NCBI GenBank assembly: GCA_963929805.1
Contig: CAWVLE010000174.1
Location: 1 to 25,855, forward strand
Direction of reading: 5' to 3'
DNA from: an uncultured Eubacteriales bacterium
GTDB lineage: Bacteria > Bacillota > Clostridia > Christensenellales > Aristaeellaceae
DNA length: 25,855 bases
Each line of letters begins with the position of its first letter. Position 1 is the stretch's first letter. Positions 1 to 6,989 of the stretch are shown here, piece after piece. The notes beneath the pieces were generated by a model that saw only the letters and a program-made list of their open reading frames with translations, did no database searches and had not been told where the DNA came from. Both the position numbers and the translations under genes were made by a program.

Positions 1-627
1 GCCGAGTTTTTGCCCGACGCGCTTGCCCTCAAGCGCGCGCCGCGCCCGACCTTTATGGGCGAACGCGGCGTGCTGATCATCTCAGGCAGCGTGAACCCGG
101 TAACGGCCGCGCAATTGAAACATGCGGCGGAACGCGGGTTTGACTGCGTAACTTTATTGCCCGAGCAAAAACTGACGCCCGGCTATGCGGATACGCCCGA
201 ATGCGCGCGCTTTATCGCGCAATTGGCCCGGCGCTACGCCCAGTCGGGCCGCCTGATCGTGCAGACGGTGGATTACGACCCGTCCGGCCTGCCGCTCTGT
301 CCCGGTAAAGGCGAACAGGCGCGCCGCACCGTAGCGCATAATATCGGCGGCATGGCCCGAAGGCTGCTCTTAAGCGACCTGCCCGGCGTGTATGTGTTTA
401 TCGGGGGCGACACGTTGCGCGCGGCCTTGCGCGACGCGCAGTACGAGGCCATAGAGCCCATTGATGAAATCGCGCCGGGCGTGGTGTTCGCCAAAATTTC
501 CGGCAGGCGGGGCGAGAAATACATCGTCACCAAATCGGGCGGCCTGGGCGAGGAAAACGTGGTGGAAACGATTGAGGCGTATCTTTTAAACCGCATACCC
601 AATTCGTCCCCGCAAGCCGCGCGGTAA
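1..627 (+). CDS. Four-carbon acid sugar kinase family protein (DUF1537/YgbK/DtnK-like), C-terminal nucleotide-binding domain; 5'-truncated by window edge
   Basis: Motifs VLIISGSVNPVTAAQL, VFIGGDT and IVTKSGGLG are typical of the C-terminal domain of this family. The ORF is open to the window start with no convincing RBS, so the real start is probably upstream. Confidence 0.8.
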   Translation, partial: AEFLPDALALKRAPRPTFMGERGVLIISGSVNPVTAAQLKHAAERGFDCVTLLPEQKLTPGYADTPECARFIAQLARRYAQSGRLIVQTVDYDPSGLPLCPGKGEQARRTVAHNIGGMARRLLLSDLPGVYVFIGGDTLRAALRDAQYEAIEPIDEIAPGVVFAKISGRRGEKYIVTKSGGLGEENVVETIEAYLLNRIPNSSPQAAR

Positions 628-646
628 CGCGCCGCGGCCCACGCTC

Positions 647-1717
647 TCAGGGCGTAATAAGCACTTTAATGGCTTCGCGGCTTTCCGCCACGCGGAAGGC
701 CTCCGCCCATTGCTCCAGCGGGAATACGTGGGTTACCACGCCCTGGGTAGGCGCCTTTTTGTTTAAAATGTTTTCTATGGTGGTTTCATAGCAGTGCGGG
801 CTCAACTGAGAGCCGCGTATTTCGATTTCCTTGGCGTCGCCGATAATCGACCAATCCACCGTGGAGGCGCCGCTCATTACGGAAAATTCCACAAACCGGC
901 CGCCCTTGGCGATCATTTCCAGGCCCTGCCCCACGGCGGATGGATGCCCGGTGACCTCGATATATACGTCGCAGCCCCAACCGCCGCTCAGCTCAAGCAC
1001 CCGGGCTATGGCGTCCTCGCGGCCGGGATTGATTACCTCGTCCGCGCCGAAGCGCCGGGCCAGTTCAAGCCGCTCGTCCATCATGTCCAGCACGATCAGC
1101 TTGCGCGGGTTGCGCAGCCGCAGCGCGCCCACCATGCCCAGCCCCAATGTGCCCGCGCCGGCCACGACCACTACGTCGTCCACCTGCACCCCGGCGCGGC
1201 GCACGCCGTGCAGCGCGCAGGCGTAAGGCTCGATCAGCGCGGCCTGCTCCAGCGTCAGCTCCTCCGGAACGCGATAATTAATCGAACGCTTGGGCAACAG
1301 CACGTATTCGGCCATGCCGCCGTTGAGGTAATTTTTAAAACCGTATACGTCGTGCGGATCGCACAGATGATACCGGCCGTCCCGGCAGTACCGGCATTGG
1401 CCGCAGGGCACGATCTGCTCGGTGGCGATCCGGTCGCCTACTTTAAAACCGCCCGGCACGTTTTTTCCCACATACACCGCGCGCCCGATAAACTCATGGC
1501 CCGGCGTAAAAGGCGGCTGGCAGTAGCCCGGCATGCCGTCTCCGCCCCAGAACCTGGCTACCGGATGGGTGGCCTTTACGTCGCCCGCGCAAATGCCGCA
1601 GCTTTCCACCTTTAGCAGGATGTCGTCCTCGCCCGGCTGGGGCACGGGGATTTCGTCCAGCCGGTAATCTCCCTGCGCGTGCGCGACCAGCGCCCGCATT
1701 GTCTTGGGAATAGACAT
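647..1717 (-). CDS. eltD: Zinc-dependent medium-chain alcohol dehydrogenase, erythritol/L-threitol dehydrogenase-like
   Basis: GHE catalytic-zinc motif, structural-zinc C-x2-C-x2-C-x7-C (CGQCRYCRDGRYHLC), Rossmann GAGTLGLG. Segments ARFWG, EQIVPC, PHDVYGFK and VDWSIIGDAKE resemble EltD as I recall it. Start moved from 1882 to ATG 1717, which follows a GAGGAGGG RBS. Confidence 0.75.
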   Translation of the reverse strand: MSIPKTMRALVAHAQGDYRLDEIPVPQPGEDDILLKVESCGICAGDVKATHPVARFWGGDGMPGYCQPPFTPGHEFIGRAVYVGKNVPGGFKVGDRIATEQIVPCGQCRYCRDGRYHLCDPHDVYGFKNYLNGGMAEYVLLPKRSINYRVPEELTLEQAALIEPYACALHGVRRAGVQVDDVVVVAGAGTLGLGMVGALRLRNPRKLIVLDMMDERLELARRFGADEVINPGREDAIARVLELSGGWGCDVYIEVTGHPSAVGQGLEMIAKGGRFVEFSVMSGASTVDWSIIGDAKEIEIRGSQLSPHCYETTIENILNKKAPTQGVVTHVFPLEQWAEAFRVAESREAIKVLITP

Positions 1718-1784
1718 GGTTTCCCTCCTCATACCATTAAATGAATAAAAAAGCACATTTTGGTATAGCGAATTAGGCGATTTT

Positions 1785-1813
1785 ATTATAGCAATCGTTT
1801 TGGGCGCTGTCAA
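1785..1813 (-). promoter_or_regulatory. Sigma-A/70 promoter of the dehydrogenase gene
   Basis: The minus strand reads TTGACA-17 nt-TATAAT, with an extended -10 TGn (TGCTATAAT). Confidence 0.85.
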
Positions 1814-1881
1814 ACCATTCGCGCAGAGGGGTGCGACCGTCCGGCCTGCGCGCGGGCCAATTACCGGCCTGTGGGTGGACA

Positions 1882-1914
1882 TGACGGCGGCGGGGGATCC
1901 TTCCCCCGCCGTCA
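1882..1914. repeat. GC-rich hairpin at the left foot of the MITE-like element
   Basis: CGGCGGGGGA (1888-1897) and TCCCCCGCCG (1902-1911) form a perfect 10-bp stem, extendable through TGACGG/CCGTCA with a 3-nt bulge. Confidence 0.7.
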
Positions 1915-2111
1915 GAGCGCTGACAAAGCCTGCAAACGCAAAAACCGCTTTTGAAAAGAAAGGGAGGAAGCGGTTTTTGCTTACGGCGTCAGCGTCACTT
2001 GCAAACAGCGGTCACTTACGTTTAAGTAAGCTCCCTCGTTTGCAAGTTCGCTTCCTTGTCTTGCAGGCCTTCTAATCGCTCTGGCAGGATGTTGACTTTG
2101 TCAACATCCTG
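1913..2111. mobile_element. Non-autonomous MITE-like element, module A (199 bp)
   Basis: Imperfect terminal IRs CAGAGCGCTGACAAAG (1913-1928) / CTTTGTCAACATCCTG (2096-2111), 12/16 match. Nested internal IRs. 1997-2112 recurs inverted at 25740-25855 with 5 mismatches in 116 nt. No ORF. Confidence 0.65.
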
Positions 2112-2136
2112 AGGCCGCCCAGTCTCGGGCGGCCTC
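2111..2136 (-). terminator. Hairpin downstream of the CUT1 ABC operon (probable terminator, no U-tract)
   Basis: GAGGCCGCCC-agtctc-GGGCGGCCTC, a perfect 10-bp stem ~50 nt after the SBP stop. The MITE end abuts its foot. Confidence 0.55.
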
Positions 2137-2184
2137 TTCCCCGTTCAGGCCCTAAAGGGGCTTTATTCAATCCTTTTCCCGGGA

Positions 2185-3399
2185 TTACTTGAGCAGTTCG
2201 TTAAACTCGGCCTCCATGGCGGCGAGGTTCTCCTCAATGTTGCCCTCGCTGAGCATCTCGGTCATGTAGTCGTCAAAGCGGGTAAAGATTTCCTGCACGT
2301 TCTTGTTGGCGGCGGGCAGCGCATGGGCCGCGCCGTTCTCGATGGGATCCAGGAAGGCGGCGGTGTTGTAGTTCGCAAACTTGGCGGCCCACAGATCGGC
2401 GCAACCTTCATAGGCGGGGATGACGGCCTCGGCGGCCTGCGCCTGGGCGTCGTAACCGGCCAGGTAGGTCAGGAAGGTTTTCACCTCGTCGGGATATTCG
2501 GTGGTAGCCGCGCCAACCCAGCTCAGCGAGTGGGAAATGGTGGAAGCTTCTTTCATGATGGGCAGGGATACAATGCCCAGGCTTTCGCCGTAGGTCTCCG
2601 CGAACAGCGCCAGGTTCCAGCTGCCGTCAAAGGTCATCGCGTCCATGCCGGAGAGGAAGCGCACGTCCTTGGTGATTTCCACCTGCTCCTCAACGCTGGC
2701 GGAAATGCCGTGTACGTGGATGGCGTCGTACAGTTTCTGCATGGCTTCCACATTTTCGGGCGAATTTACAACGCACATGCCGTTCTCGTCAAACAGTTGT
2801 CCGCCGTTGCCGTAGATGTAGTCATAACCGAAGGCCTGGCCGCCGGCCGCGATGGAGCAGCCGTATATGCCGTTCTCCGCGTCGGTCAGCTGTTTGGCGA
2901 TCTCGATAAACTCGTCCCAGGTCCAGCCCTCTTCGGGATAGGCCACGCCCGCCGCGTCAAACATAACCTTGTTGTAGTAAACGGCGATGGCGTCGTAGTC
3001 CCTCGGCACGCCGCGCAGCACGCCGTCCACCGTATGGGTGACGATGGTGTGCTCGGGATATTTGGATACATCCACCGCGCCGCTCTCGATCAGGTCGGTG
3101 ATGTCCAGCAAATAGCCGTTGCGCGCGTAGTCCACAACGTTGAGCGCGTTGATGGAAAACACATCCGGAGCCGAACCGGCGGGCAGGCCGACGACCAGCT
3201 TATCCCAGTATTGATCCCAAGGGATAGCGCTCGCGTTGACCACGATTTCATCCTGCGAGGCGTTAAACGCATCGATCGCAGGCAAAATGCCCTCGTTTTG
3301 CTCTTCCATCCAATAGTTCATTTCCAGCTCGACCGCAGCAAAAGCGGTGGAACTCATGGCCAGCATCAGCGCCAGAACCAGAACCAGGACTTTTTTCAT
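2185..3399 (-). CDS. Carbohydrate ABC transporter (CUT1) substrate-binding protein
   Basis: Signal peptide MKKVLVLVLALMLAMSSTAFA, motifs SAPDVF, YYNKVMFDAAGVAYP and WTWDEF, GGAGGGAAG RBS, adjacent to MalF/MalG-type permeases. Confidence 0.9.
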   Translation of the reverse strand: MKKVLVLVLALMLAMSSTAFAAVELEMNYWMEEQNEGILPAIDAFNASQDEIVVNASAIPWDQYWDKLVVGLPAGSAPDVFSINALNVVDYARNGYLLDITDLIESGAVDVSKYPEHTIVTHTVDGVLRGVPRDYDAIAVYYNKVMFDAAGVAYPEEGWTWDEFIEIAKQLTDAENGIYGCSIAAGGQAFGYDYIYGNGGQLFDENGMCVVNSPENVEAMQKLYDAIHVHGISASVEEQVEITKDVRFLSGMDAMTFDGSWNLALFAETYGESLGIVSLPIMKEASTISHSLSWVGAATTEYPDEVKTFLTYLAGYDAQAQAAEAVIPAYEGCADLWAAKFANYNTAAFLDPIENGAAHALPAANKNVQEIFTRFDDYMTEMLSEGNIEENLAAMEAEFNELLK

Positions 3400-3594
3400 A
3401 CTTTCTTCCCTCCATTAAATTATTTTTGGAACCCTTGACTCCATCTGAAACTTTGCCAAATCTGCGCCGCCGCCCCTTGCGCATCTGTATTCGGATCATT
3501 AAAAGGCAGGCGCCGCATATCCACACAAAGCACGTCTTTGGGTCAACAGCCCCCTATTCAACGGCCAAGGCCGTTAGAAACAAATCCGGACACG

Positions 3595-4428
3595 CTACGC
3601 CTTCAGGCCAGAAAGCGCGATGCCCTCCAGCATCTGTTTCTGTCCGATCAAAAACACCACCAGCATGGGCAGCATGGCGTACACGCCGGCCGTCATCTGG
3701 GTGGGAATCTTCTGCGCGTACTGCCCCTGCATATTGGCCAGTGCGATGGACAGCACGTACAGGTTTTGCTTGCTGGTCACGATGAGCGGCCAGAGCATTT
3801 CATTCCAACTCCACAGCGTAGTCAACACGCCGAAGGCGATCAGGCCGTTTTTCACCAGCGGCAACAATATGCGCCAGTAAATCCCGAAAAAGCTGCACCC
3901 GTCCAGCATGGCGGTCTCGTCCATTTCGCGCGGAAGCGACATGAAATTCTGTCTTAAGAAGAATACGCCGTAAATACTGGGCAGGTTTGGAATAATGATG
4001 CCCGCAAAGGAGTTTAGCCAGCCCAGTCTCATGGTGATCAAAAACCGGGGTATGATGATCATCTGGGTGGGCACCATCAAAACCGTCATGCAAATCAGGA
4101 AAATAATGCTCTTACCCGGAAACTCCAGCCGGGCAAACGCGTAGGCGCCCATGGAGCAGGTGACGATCTGGAAAGCGACGGTTACGATGGTGACAAACGC
4201 GGTGTTTTTATAGTAAGTGCCGAAATTGTACTGCTGGAGCACCTCCGCGTAGTTCTTCCACTGCGGTGTTTTGGGGAACCACACGATCGGCACCTTCATG
4301 GCCTCCGGCTGCGTCTTAATGCTGGTAAGCAACATCCAGGCGAAGGGCATGATCATGAAAATCGCCCAGAACGCCAAAATAATGTACATCACGGCGCGCC
4401 CGATCGGGAGTTTCTTTTTTACGGTCAT
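3595..4428 (-). CDS. Carbohydrate ABC transporter permease (MalG-type)
   Basis: EAA-like loop EMDETAMLDGCS, WNEMLWPLI, hydrophobic segments. Start set at ATG 4428 (MTVKKK) after a GGGGGAG RBS. Confidence 0.9.
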   Translation of the reverse strand: MTVKKKLPIGRAVMYIILAFWAIFMIMPFAWMLLTSIKTQPEAMKVPIVWFPKTPQWKNYAEVLQQYNFGTYYKNTAFVTIVTVAFQIVTCSMGAYAFARLEFPGKSIIFLICMTVLMVPTQMIIIPRFLITMRLGWLNSFAGIIIPNLPSIYGVFFLRQNFMSLPREMDETAMLDGCSFFGIYWRILLPLVKNGLIAFGVLTTLWSWNEMLWPLIVTSKQNLYVLSIALANMQGQYAQKIPTQMTAGVYAMLPMLVVFLIGQKQMLEGIALSGLKA

Positions 4429-4442
4429 GCTGCTCCCCCTTT

Positions 4443-5354
4443 CTATTCGTAGTGAACCCATTTGTTTTGCAGTTTAAACTGGAACAGCGTTAGCACCAGA
4501 ATGATAAGCAATAAAACCACCGCTTCCGCCGAGGCCAACCCTAACTTTCGGTATAGAAACCCTTTTTCGTAGACGCCATATACCATCGTTCGATAGTATT
4601 GCATAAATTTATCCGCCGTCGCGCCGGATCCCGCCAGCGTGTATATGACGTCAAACACCTTAAAACCGGTCATCAGCGATGTGATGGATACGAAAAACAG
4701 CACCGGGGACAAAAGCGGCACGGTGATGTGCCTAAACTGATGCACGCTGTTCGCGCCGTCGATCATCGCGGCCTCGTAATAAACCTTGGGAATGTTTTTA
4801 AGCCCGGACAGCAGTATAATCATATTATAGCCCGCTGAGGACCATACGCCCACGATGATTACGCCCAGCATCATAAAATTGGGATCGGTCAGCCACTTGG
4901 GCCCCGCGATGCCCACCGCTTTGAGCGCCTGGTTGACCAGGCCATAATGGGAATTGAGCAGCGAACGCCAAACCATACCGACCGCGGCCGCCATGGTGAC
5001 CGACGGCAGAAAGTAAATCACGCGAAATAGCGAGCGGCACTTGATATCCTGGTTAAGCGCGTTGGCCAGCAACACGCTGATGACCATGCTAAGCGCCACC
5101 GATACAAAGGCGTAATAAACCGTGTTGAGCAGTTCCTGCCACATGTCTGAATCGGCCGACAGCAACGTAATGTAGTTTTTAATGCCGACAAATTCATACG
5201 TCATGTAGTCCGGCCCTTCGGTCATGGAAAGATAGATCGACCATACCGTGGGAATGAGGAAGAAAACCAGAATACCTATGACCACCGGCGCGATCATTAA
5301 ATACGCCGCCGTGTACTCCTTCCTCTGGCGAACCGATAACTTGCTTTTTACCAC
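4443..5354 (-). CDS. Carbohydrate ABC transporter permease (MalF-type)
   Basis: YYEAAMIDGAN EAA loop, FRHITVPLLSP, FKVFD. GTG 5354 after AGGTAGG preferred; TTG 5375 is the alternative. Confidence 0.88.
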   Translation of the reverse strand: MVKSKLSVRQRKEYTAAYLMIAPVVIGILVFFLIPTVWSIYLSMTEGPDYMTYEFVGIKNYITLLSADSDMWQELLNTVYYAFVSVALSMVISVLLANALNQDIKCRSLFRVIYFLPSVTMAAAVGMVWRSLLNSHYGLVNQALKAVGIAGPKWLTDPNFMMLGVIIVGVWSSAGYNMIILLSGLKNIPKVYYEAAMIDGANSVHQFRHITVPLLSPVLFFVSITSLMTGFKVFDVIYTLAGSGATADKFMQYYRTMVYGVYEKGFLYRKLGLASAEAVVLLLIILVLTLFQFKLQNKWVHYE

Positions 5355-5449
5355 TGACCTACCTACTTTCTGCAATTTCTAAGCGAAAACGGCGCGCCGT
5401 CTTCCCTTACCTTGCCGTCTTATTTGCACAACATCTATTTAACAGTAGC

Positions 5450-5478
5450 ATTATAGCATATTTTTCCCACAGTATCAA
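5450..5478 (-). promoter_or_regulatory. Sigma-A/70 promoter of the CUT1 ABC operon
   Basis: The minus strand reads TTGATA-17 nt-TATAAT with extended TGn, inside an AT-rich intergenic block. Confidence 0.8.
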
Positions 5479-5670
5479 CCCATAATTACACATTTACCGC
5501 GTTTATGACATAAAAATATGTGATTATTATTACAAACAGCGCTATTATGTTGCATACATTCATGAAATTTTAGTTTACTATTTTGCAGCGCCCGTCATTC
5601 TGCACAAATTTCCGCATTCACAGGCGTCGAGAAGCGTCCGCATCCATGTAAGGCGCGCCGCTGGCCGTCC

Positions 5671-5707
5671 AAAAAACAACGGCGGGGGAAGGCAAGCTTC
5701 CCCCGCT
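5671..5707 (-). terminator. Rho-independent terminator of the CUT2 ABC genes (copy retaining the U-tract)
   Basis: 10-bp stem GCGGGGGAAG/CTTCCCCCGC, followed on the minus strand by GTTGTTTTTT. Confidence 0.75.
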
Positions 5708-5914
5708 CAGTGTGTCGAAAAAGTCCGCCTGCGGCGTCCTTTTTCGAATGTTTAGCGCTGTTTCCCTCTCGCCCCCGAGGGGCTCCCGGGCGGGAAACAG
5801 CGTAGGGAAGCCTTGCTTCGCAAGGCGCACGAATCCGCCGCGCATGTCGCCGGATTCGATTAAAAATGGAGGGCTTCGGCCCTCCAAACCACCCGGAATG
5901 GTTTTGACAGTCTG
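5708..5914. mobile_element. MITE-like element, module B (207 bp), flanked by an exact 27-bp direct repeat
   Basis: Ends CAGTGTGTCGAAA / TTTTGACAGTCTG match 10/13 as IRs. GGCGGGGGAAGGCAAGCTTCCCCCGCT lies at both 5681-5707 and 5915-5941. 5709-5802 recurs inverted at 25624-25718. Confidence 0.75.
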
Positions 5915-5941
5915 GGCGGGGGAAGGCAAGCTTCCCCCGCT
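5915..5941. repeat. Second copy of the 27-bp terminator hairpin (target-site duplication)
   Basis: Identical to 5681-5707. Confidence 0.85.
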
Positions 5942-5954
5942 AAAAGCAATTTAT

Positions 5955-6989
5955 TTAACCCTCAGCGTTTAACCCTCTGCGCAATCTGCGCGCGCCGGCG
6001 CGGCCCGTTCCCCGCCGCGGCGCGTAGGCAGCGATCAGCGCCAGCGCCAAAACGCCGCCTTTCATGGCCGGCAGCACATAGTACACCACGCCCAGCTGCG
6101 TCAATCCGCTTTCCAGCACCGCCACCAGCGCCGCGCCCACCATCGTGCCCAGGGCGTTCGGCTTTTCCGCGCCGCCGACCGAGCGCCCTACAAATACGGC
6201 GGCCAGGGCGGGCATCAGATAGTTATCGCAGCCGGATATCTGGGCCGCCGAGTTCCTGGCGCACACCACAATCGCGCCCACCGCGATCATGGCGGCGGTA
6301 ATCATGCCCGCCATCAGGCGGTATTTGCGCACGGGCATGCCGGAAAATCGCGCCGCGCTCGGATTGCCGCCCATGGCGTACAGGCAGCGCCCATACCGGG
6401 TATAGCCCAAAAACACAAAGGCAAACGCCACGCATAGCAGCATAATGATGATGCACCACGGCGCGGCGCCGATGGCGAGCGCCGGTTGGGTCCAGCCGCT
6501 CCTGGCGGGGGCGGTTCCCCATCGCGTAGGCATGCCGGCGGATACCGCGCCGCCGCCCGTCCACCACAGCCCCAGGCCCTGATGCACGAACATCAGCGCG
6601 CAGGTGGCCAGCATATCGGGAATTTTGCACACCAAAATCATAAACATCGTCGCCAGGTATAACACCATGGTAAGCGCTATGGTGCTAAGCACGCTCAGCC
6701 ACAGCGGCAGCCCAAACCACAAAAACGCGCTGGCAAACAGAAAGGAGGATACGGTGGCCAGCGTACAGGCCGACATGTCGAAGCCGTCGGGCGCCATGGT
6801 GACCGTGGCGCCGATGGCGAAAATCGTGGTAATAGACATCGAGCGCAGGATATTGACGGCGTTGGCGGGCGACAAAAAGCTGGCGCCCCGCAAAAAACCA
6901 AATACCCCCACGGCGGCGATCAGCGCCAGCACGGCCGCCCAGTCCATCATAAATCGGGCGAGGCTTTTTCTCGTAAAATTCTCCGTCAT
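5955..6989 (-). CDS. Sugar ABC transporter (CUT2/RbsC-like) permease
   Basis: NILRSMSITTIFAIG, GFDMS, YAMGGNPSAARFSG, AAVFVG. Start overlaps the ATPase stop (ATGA). Confidence 0.9.
   Translation of the reverse strand: MTENFTRKSLARFMMDWAAVLALIAAVGVFGFLRGASFLSPANAVNILRSMSITTIFAIGATVTMAPDGFDMSACTLATVSSFLFASAFLWFGLPLWLSVLSTIALTMVLYLATMFMILVCKIPDMLATCALMFVHQGLGLWWTGGGAVSAGMPTRWGTAPARSGWTQPALAIGAAPWCIIIMLLCVAFAFVFLGYTRYGRCLYAMGGNPSAARFSGMPVRKYRLMAGMITAAMIAVGAIVVCARNSAAQISGCDNYLMPALAAVFVGRSVGGAEKPNALGTMVGAALVAVLESGLTQLGVVYYVLPAMKGGVLALALIAAYAPRRGTGRAGARRLRRGLNAEG

Noticed and set aside
1718-1882. N-terminal extension of the dehydrogenase ORF to 1882
   Set aside because: It runs through the gene's own consensus promoter; the strong RBS is at the 1717 start.
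2323-3438. 371-aa plus-strand ORF
   Set aside because: Antisense shadow of the well-supported SBP gene; no RBS or family motifs. Expected from GC-rich codon bias.
5502-5536. AT-rich palindromes TTTATG-A-CATAAA and a Rex/cre-like ATGTGATTATTATTACAA upstream of the CUT1 promoter
   Set aside because: Short and AT-rich with several mismatches to known consensus sites; cannot be distinguished from chance.
5619-5635. CAGGCGTCGAGAAG, resembling a degenerate element terminus
   Set aside because: One base short of the motif, with no partner end or module homology; may be chance.
5681-5941. Possible CRISPR mini-array (two identical palindromic 27-mers)
   Set aside because: Only two copies, a 207-bp 'spacer' with its own terminal repeats, and no cas genes; better explained as a target duplication.
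5618-5972. Small ORFs (103 aa, 86 aa) over the repeat, and the similar ones at 1800-2075 and 25521-25836
   Set aside because: They lie in MITE sequence, have no RBS, and their frames are not preserved between copies; no transposase motifs.
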